The position numbers were made by a program, and so were the translations under genes. The notes beneath the pieces are model-generated. The model was given only the letters and a program-made list of their open reading frames with translations. It was not told where the DNA came from and ran no database searches. Shown here one piece after another: positions 57,676-62,254 of a stretch of DNA of 62,254 nt. Position 1 is the stretch's first letter. Each line of letters begins with the position of its first letter. Source of the stretch: Candidatus Yanofskybacteria bacterium RIFCSPLOWO2_02_FULL_45_18 (GTDB taxonomy: Bacteria; Patescibacteriota; Minisyncoccia; 2-02-FULL-40-12; GWA2-44-9); contig MGKV01000007.1 of assembly GCA_001795795.1 (NCBI GenBank), positions 14,553 through 76,806 on the forward strand. Direction: 5' to 3'.

Positions 57676-57704
57676 TTGCATATTGAGCTATTCTATGCTG
57701 TAAT
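57676..57704 (+). promoter_or_regulatory. Promoter of the inserted variable gene
   Basis: TTGCAT-17 nt-TGTAAT with TG extension. Confidence 0.5.
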
Positions 57705-57850
57705 GATAGATATAGAGCCTTTAAAATGCTGTGGCAAAACCAATCTGGTGGAGCCTAAATTCCATAAGGAAGCAGCAAATGTTCCGTTCAAATCCTTCCT
57801 CGGATAAGAGGAAAATGAAAATGCGCAAGGAAGCGCAAGGAGATAAGGCC

Positions 57851-58546
57851 ATGAGTACTGAGTTTGCATCTGCCGGCTTCACTGCCGGTCAGCTCAACGC
57901 CATCGTTAAGAAGCTTGGTGGCGAAGAGAGCGGGAGACAGTTTCTCCGTGGTGGCCTGACGGTCAGTTACCAGAAGCTGGCGCAGTTTGTCGGCTTAGAC
58001 GGAAAGGTCACTTTGGAGAATTTCATGAAATGTGTGACCAGCTGGCGCGAGCAAGATGGCGTCATATGTTTCAGCGTCACTTCCGATGGGACGACTGGTC
58101 CCCAGTGGGTTGAGCGTCTCAAGAAGAAAGGTTTTCAGCTCTCGAAGTGGGCCAAGGACGTTTTAAACTCAAAAGATTTCCAGCCCACAAACGGAGTTAC
58201 GACCGAAATTGCGGTTCTGAAGGGGATGCTGTTTGAGGATGACGATCGTATCACCAAGAAAATCCGCGCTGAAGCCAACCGCCGCAAGTTTACCAAGCCT
58301 AATGCTGAAGTTGCTTGCCTGATACGCGAAATGTTCACGGATGAGGAGATTGAAGCCATGGGTTTGGTGTGGATTACTACCATGCACGAACCCATCAAGG
58401 ATTCTGATGACGATCCGCACCTCCTCATTGTGTACCGCGACGTCAGTGGTCGCTGGTTGTACGCGTATTACGACGAGCCTGACTACTTGTGGAATCGTGA
58501 CTTTGGGTTCGCATTCGTTGTCCCGCAAGTTAGTCCTCAAGACTAA
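57851..58546 (+). CDS. Putative DGR target (variable) protein with CLec-type C-terminal variable region
   Basis: AAGGAG RBS; GQLNAIVKKLGG N-terminus; C-terminal MHEPIKDS..DP.LL...R...GRWL.AYYD.PD..W.RD.GFAFVV with NNC/NNT codons; hairpins after stop. Confidence 0.8.
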   Translation: MSTEFASAGFTAGQLNAIVKKLGGEESGRQFLRGGLTVSYQKLAQFVGLDGKVTLENFMKCVTSWREQDGVICFSVTSDGTTGPQWVERLKKKGFQLSKWAKDVLNSKDFQPTNGVTTEIAVLKGMLFEDDDRITKKIRAEANRRKFTKPNAEVACLIREMFTDEEIEAMGLVWITTMHEPIKDSDDDPHLLIVYRDVSGRWLYAYYDEPDYLWNRDFGFAFVVPQVSPQD

Positions 58547-58696
58547 GATTCTTGGAACTTTTGTTCCTTTGATCTTAGTCCTTAGCCCCATTCCGGGCCG
58601 CCAGCTGGCGGAATCGGAATGGGGCTAAAATTTTGCATTAAAATTGGTAGATGTGGATTTTGTGTATACATGCCACCGGCTACGGCTTGGGATAGC

Positions 58697-58789
58697 GTGG
58701 CGTTGGAAATTATGAAACAATTGGACGCTCAGCTTAGTATGCATCAATACTAACGCATAATAAAACCGCCTAGCCCGAAGAAGATTAGG
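58697..58789 (+). repeat. 93-bp direct repeat, copy 2 (duplicated secY 3' end)
   Basis: One mismatch (T57427 vs C58742); ends inside the hairpin and joins a gene fragment. Confidence 0.95.
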
Positions 58790-59017
58790 TTGGATGCCCT
58801 GCTGGAAAATCAGGAGCTCATCCCCGAGTCCTGGAAGAAAGATGAGCAAGGCAACACTCGCTATATATTTTTCTGGGGCACCATCTATCGCCGCGGCTCC
58901 GGTGGCCGCCTATATGTCCGCTCTCTGTGCTTCCACGATGGCGGGTGGTTCTGGTACTGCATCTGCCTTGACTACGACTTCTGTGGCCTCTACCCGGCAG
59001 CTGTCTCCGCAAGTTGA
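58790..59017 (+). pseudogene. 5'-truncated putative DGR target gene of a second family
   Basis: LDALLENQELIPESWK...YIFFWGTIYR...LYVR.L....G.W.W....LD.DF....PAAVSAS; starts exactly at the repeat junction, no RBS. Confidence 0.75.
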
Positions 59018-59073
59018 TCTGGTTTTTAGCACCTGGACTCATTGATTTTTGTCCTTGAATTCATTGGTGCTTG

Positions 59074-59097
59074 GCCCGCGCTTTTCGCGGGCTTTTT
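59074..59097 (+). terminator. Hairpin plus U-run after the second target
   Basis: GCCCGCG-ctttt-CGCGGGC-TTTTT; second hairpin at 59129-59157. Confidence 0.65.
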
Positions 59098-59218
59098 GCT
59101 ACTCAATTTAGTCAAAAAGAAGTTCTCAACCCCGCTCTTTTTGCAAAAGGGCGGGGTCAACAGGGACTTTCCAGTACTAACCAGTGACGGGACTTTTTAT
59201 TTTTAGTATTATAAATGC

Positions 59219-59950
59219 ATGATTAACATTCCAAAAAAATGGATAGTAATCATAATCGGGCCGCCGGGCGCCGGCAAGGGCACACAGGCGGAAATGTTGG
59301 CCGATGATTTTGCGTTGTTTAATTTTGAGACGTCCAAAGTCATTGAAGAAAAAATAAAGACCGGCGATGCAAACGACCCGACTATTAAGCAGGAAAAAGA
59401 TAATTTCGAATCTGGCAAATTGGTTACGCCAGAGGTTGTTGTCGGCTGGATATCGGAGAAGATAAGAGGGCTTGCTAGCGGTGGGGTGGGTATCGTTTTT
59501 AGCGGTTCACCGCGGACGGTTTATGAGGGTGAAAAAGAGATGCCAATCTTTGACGAGCTTTATGGGCGCGAGAATGTAAAAGTTTTTAACTTAGATATTG
59601 GCGAAAGTGAATCAGTTGAGCGCAATTCTCACCGCCACATCTGTAAAGCCAACCGTCACCCCATACCCAATTTACCCGAATTTAAAGATATGAAAATCTG
59701 TCCTAAGGATGGTAGTGAGCTGGAATTGCGAAGCATTGATAACCCCGAGACAATTAAAATTAGATACCAAACATATCTTGAGGAAACCAAGCCGGTTGTT
59801 GATTTGCTTGATAATATGGGATATAAGGTTATACGTGTTGGCGGCAACCAAACCATTAAATCAGTCCACGACGAAATTATGGGCCACTTAACTGGTGAGC
59901 TCGGAGATATCAACGAACACAAAGTAGCGCTGACCTGCACCCACCCCTAA
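59219..59950 (+). CDS. adk: Adenylate kinase family protein
   Basis: GPPGAGKGTQA, SGSPRT; position between secY and map. Confidence 0.92.
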   Translation: MINIPKKWIVIIIGPPGAGKGTQAEMLADDFALFNFETSKVIEEKIKTGDANDPTIKQEKDNFESGKLVTPEVVVGWISEKIRGLASGGVGIVFSGSPRTVYEGEKEMPIFDELYGRENVKVFNLDIGESESVERNSHRHICKANRHPIPNLPEFKDMKICPKDGSELELRSIDNPETIKIRYQTYLEETKPVVDLLDNMGYKVIRVGGNQTIKSVHDEIMGHLTGELGDINEHKVALTCTHP

Positions 59951-59953
59951 ACA

Positions 59954-60721
59954 GTGATAAACATCAAAACACAAGAAGAGATCGCCACAATGCGTGCGGG
60001 CGGTAAAATTTTGCATGCAATCTTGTCGCAAATTGAAAATGTCGTTAAGCCGGGCATGACAACGATTATGATTGATAATTTAGCACGGAAGCTTGTCACC
60101 GACAATAATGTCCAGCCGTCTTTTCTTGGTTATGGCGGTTATCCGGCGGTAATTTGCACTTCAGTTAATGACGAAGTTGTTCATGCTGTGCCGTCCGGCC
60201 GCCTGCTTAATCCGGGCGACCTGTTAAAACTTGATTTCGGGATACTTTATAAGAATTTTCATACCGATATGGCGGTAACTTTGGTTGTCGGCGGGCAATC
60301 AACCGATGACGAAAAAACACGCAAGCTAAAAAATAAATTGACAAGCGTTACCCGCGAGGCACTAGAGCGCGGTATTCGCGAGGCGCGGCTTGGCAATACC
60401 GTCGGCGATATCGGCTGGGCAATCCAGAAATTCGTGGAGCATAACCAGTTCAATGTGGCGCGGGATCTGGTCGGCCACGGTATTGGCCGTCAACTGCATG
60501 AGCTTCCGCATGTGCCGAACTTTGGCAAGGCCGGCCACGGCGACAAATTAATTGCGGGCATGACCATCGCGATTGAACCGATAGTTCTGGCGGGCAGGTG
60601 GCAGGTTAAGAATAGCCCGGACGGACACGGTTATTTGACCAAAGACGGCAGTCTCGCCGCTCACTTTGAACATACCATAGCCGTCACAAAAAATGGACCG
60701 ATTATCTTGACCATATTTTAG
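59954..60721 (+). CDS. map: Methionine aminopeptidase type I
   Basis: CTSVNDEVVH, GHGIG..LHE.P, AIEP, AHFEHT. Confidence 0.96.
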   Translation: MINIKTQEEIATMRAGGKILHAILSQIENVVKPGMTTIMIDNLARKLVTDNNVQPSFLGYGGYPAVICTSVNDEVVHAVPSGRLLNPGDLLKLDFGILYKNFHTDMAVTLVVGGQSTDDEKTRKLKNKLTSVTREALERGIREARLGNTVGDIGWAIQKFVEHNQFNVARDLVGHGIGRQLHELPHVPNFGKAGHGDKLIAGMTIAIEPIVLAGRWQVKNSPDGHGYLTKDGSLAAHFEHTIAVTKNGPIILTIF

Positions 60722-60746
60722 TTTCCACAGGTTATAGACATATCTA

Positions 60747-60775
60747 TTGACGGTAAGTAGAGGCTTTGTTATACT
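60747..60775 (+). promoter_or_regulatory. Strong sigma70 promoter, probably for the 23S rRNA
   Basis: TTGACG-17 nt-TATACT with TG extension; no credible CDS between it and the 23S. Confidence 0.7.
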
Positions 60776-60974
60776 GCCACTGATAATGAATATCCTATAT
60801 AAAATTATTAATTTAAGTGGCTAATAAGCGTCTGGGGTTTCGCGCTCAAATCATGCCGCTTAAAGCGGCGTTTATATTTTATAAAGGAGTTTGCTGGGGC
60901 ATTTACAATCAATAATTGCAGCCGGTACCGGAAACAATTATTGGCGGTAAATGCAAGAATCTTGATAATTTAAG

Positions 60975-61033
60975 CCCGTGAGAAGTGTGGCACCGAAATG
61001 CCATCACAACCGTAGGGGTTACTTCTAAACGGG
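60975..61033. mobile_element. MITE-like element, CCCGTTAGA family, degenerate copy 3
   Basis: CCCGTGAGAAGT...ACTTCTAAACGGG. Confidence 0.5.
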
Positions 61034-61100
61034 ATAAAGTATGATAGCGGGTTAAGTTAATTTTAAATTTCCGTTGCGTAGCAACGGATGTGTTACTCAT

Positions 61101-61259
61101 TTGGAAGTCGTAACCAAGCTCTTTCGTAACGAAATTTCCAGATTTCGAGTGAAGCGAGGAAAAATTTTGATGTATACTGAACGTATATGGAAAAATTTTT
61201 CCGAAGCCATAGCCGAAATACGGGAATTGCAGTAGAAAAGGTTTGGTTACGACTTCCAA
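61101..61259. repeat. Palindromic element abutting the 23S 5' end
   Basis: 17-bp perfect IR TTGGAAGTCGTAACCAA/TTGGTTACGACTTCCAA with inner GAAAAATTTT repeats. Confidence 0.7.
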
Positions 61260-62254
61260 CTAATAAGGGCGTATGGAGGATGCCTTGACACTAAAAGGCG
61301 ATGAAGGTCGTGGCGTGTCTGCGATAAGCTTCGGGGAGGCGACTAGCAGCCTTTGATCCGGAGATGACCGAATGGGAAAACCCCGCGCGGCAAACCCGCG
61401 CGAGCGCCGCTTTACAGCGAAGTTAAAAGTAAAAAATCAAAAGTCAAAATTTCAATTCAAAAGTTAAAAGTTTCAGACAATTTTTAATTTTAACTTGTAG
61501 TTTTGAATTTTGCATTTTGAATTTTGAATTCGCCGCAAAGCGGCGTGGCGTACCTGGCGAAGTGAAACATCTCAGTAGCCAGAGGAAAATAAATCAAAAA
61601 GATTTCCTTAATAGCGGCGAGCGAACGGGAAATAGCCTAAACCGTGTGGCTCACCTTTGTTGAGCCACCGCGGACTTTGCGGACTAAACGCGGAACTACG
61701 CGGACAAACTAAAAAATGTCTGCGTAAGTCGGCGTAAAGTCAGCGTTAGTCGGCGGTGACGAGCAGAGGCGAGTCACATGGGGTAATAGGGATAGGACAC
61801 TTCTAGAATCTAGAAGATAGAATCCAGAAAGTAGAAAGAGGAGTAATCCAAATTCTATTTTCTGTTTTCTATTCTCTATTTTCTAGATAAAGAGTTACAA
61901 AGTTGGATGTTAGCAGAACGGCCCTGGAATGGCCGACCATAGCGGGTGACAGTCCCGTATGCGAAAATGTTCAACCTCTTGTTCTGTTACCTGAGTAGTC
62001 CGGGATAAGATTGTCCTGGGTGAATTTGCCCATACTACTGGGTAAGGCTAAATACTTTTAGTGATCGATAGTGAACCAGTACCGTGAGGGAAAGGTGAAA
62101 AGCACCCCGGTGAGGGGAGTGAAATAGTAACTGAAACCATATGCCTACAAAGAGCCGGAGCTGTGGCTCACCTTTGTTGAGCCACCGCGGACTTTGCGGA
62201 CTAAACGCGGAACTACGCGGACAAACTAAAAAATGTCTGCGTAAGTCGGCGTAA
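61253..62254 (+). rRNA. rrl: 23S rRNA, 5' part (start approximate, runs off window) with four insertions
   Basis: GGATGCC...GGCGATGAAGG, GAAGTGAAACATCTCAGTA, AGCGGCGAGCGAA, AAGGCTAAATAC, AGTACCGTGAGGGAAAGGTGAAAAG. Confidence 0.97.
62162..62254 (+). repeat. Second copy of a 23S insertion sequence
   Basis: 93/93 identical to 61645-61737, cut by the window end. Confidence 0.95.

Noticed and set aside
57382..59157. Complete DGR or prophage
   Set aside because: No reverse transcriptase, Avd, AAC-rich template, integrase or phage gene is visible in the window.
61104..61119. GAAGTCGTAACCAAG resembles the 16S 1492 region
   Set aside because: No other 16S sequence flanks it; it is one arm of a 17-bp inverted repeat.
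60909..61259. 116-aa minus-strand ORF before the 23S
   Set aside because: Made of palindromic element sequence, antisense to the rRNA leader, with no recognisable motif.
57382..62254. Both long direct repeats measure 93 nt
   Set aside because: The rRNA repeat is cut by the window end and the secY repeat has a mismatch; treated as coincidence, but it is a reason to check the assembly.

Overview
A 62-kb bacterial chromosome segment (standard code, TGA = stop) with the hallmarks of a CPR/Patescibacteria (Parcubacteria-like) genome: no rpmD between rpsE and rplO, split transketolase and ComEC, class II ribonucleotide reductase, H+-PPase, and large P/T-rich surface proteins. The taxonomy is inference. 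The first 40 kb is mixed housekeeping and envelope genes with three tRNAs (Ile-GAT, Ala-TGC, Pro-GGG). It is followed by the str-S10-spc cluster (rpsL to map) and the 5' ~1 kb of a 23S rRNA gene with no 16S upstream. Main findings: (1) between secY and adk, two different DGR-type variable target genes (one intact, one 5'-truncated) are stacked, each preceded by a copy of a 93-bp repeat of the secY 3' end, with no RT, template repeat or integrase in the window; (2) several families of small hairpin elements fill most intergenic spacers, sit in frame inside rnhB, gap, transketolase and ybeY, appear to supply the TTG start codons of rplN and rpsH, and form four insertions in the 23S rRNA, two identical over the 93 nt visible; (3) the rrn operon looks dismantled. 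Functional calls are from motif recognition by eye; no searches were run.
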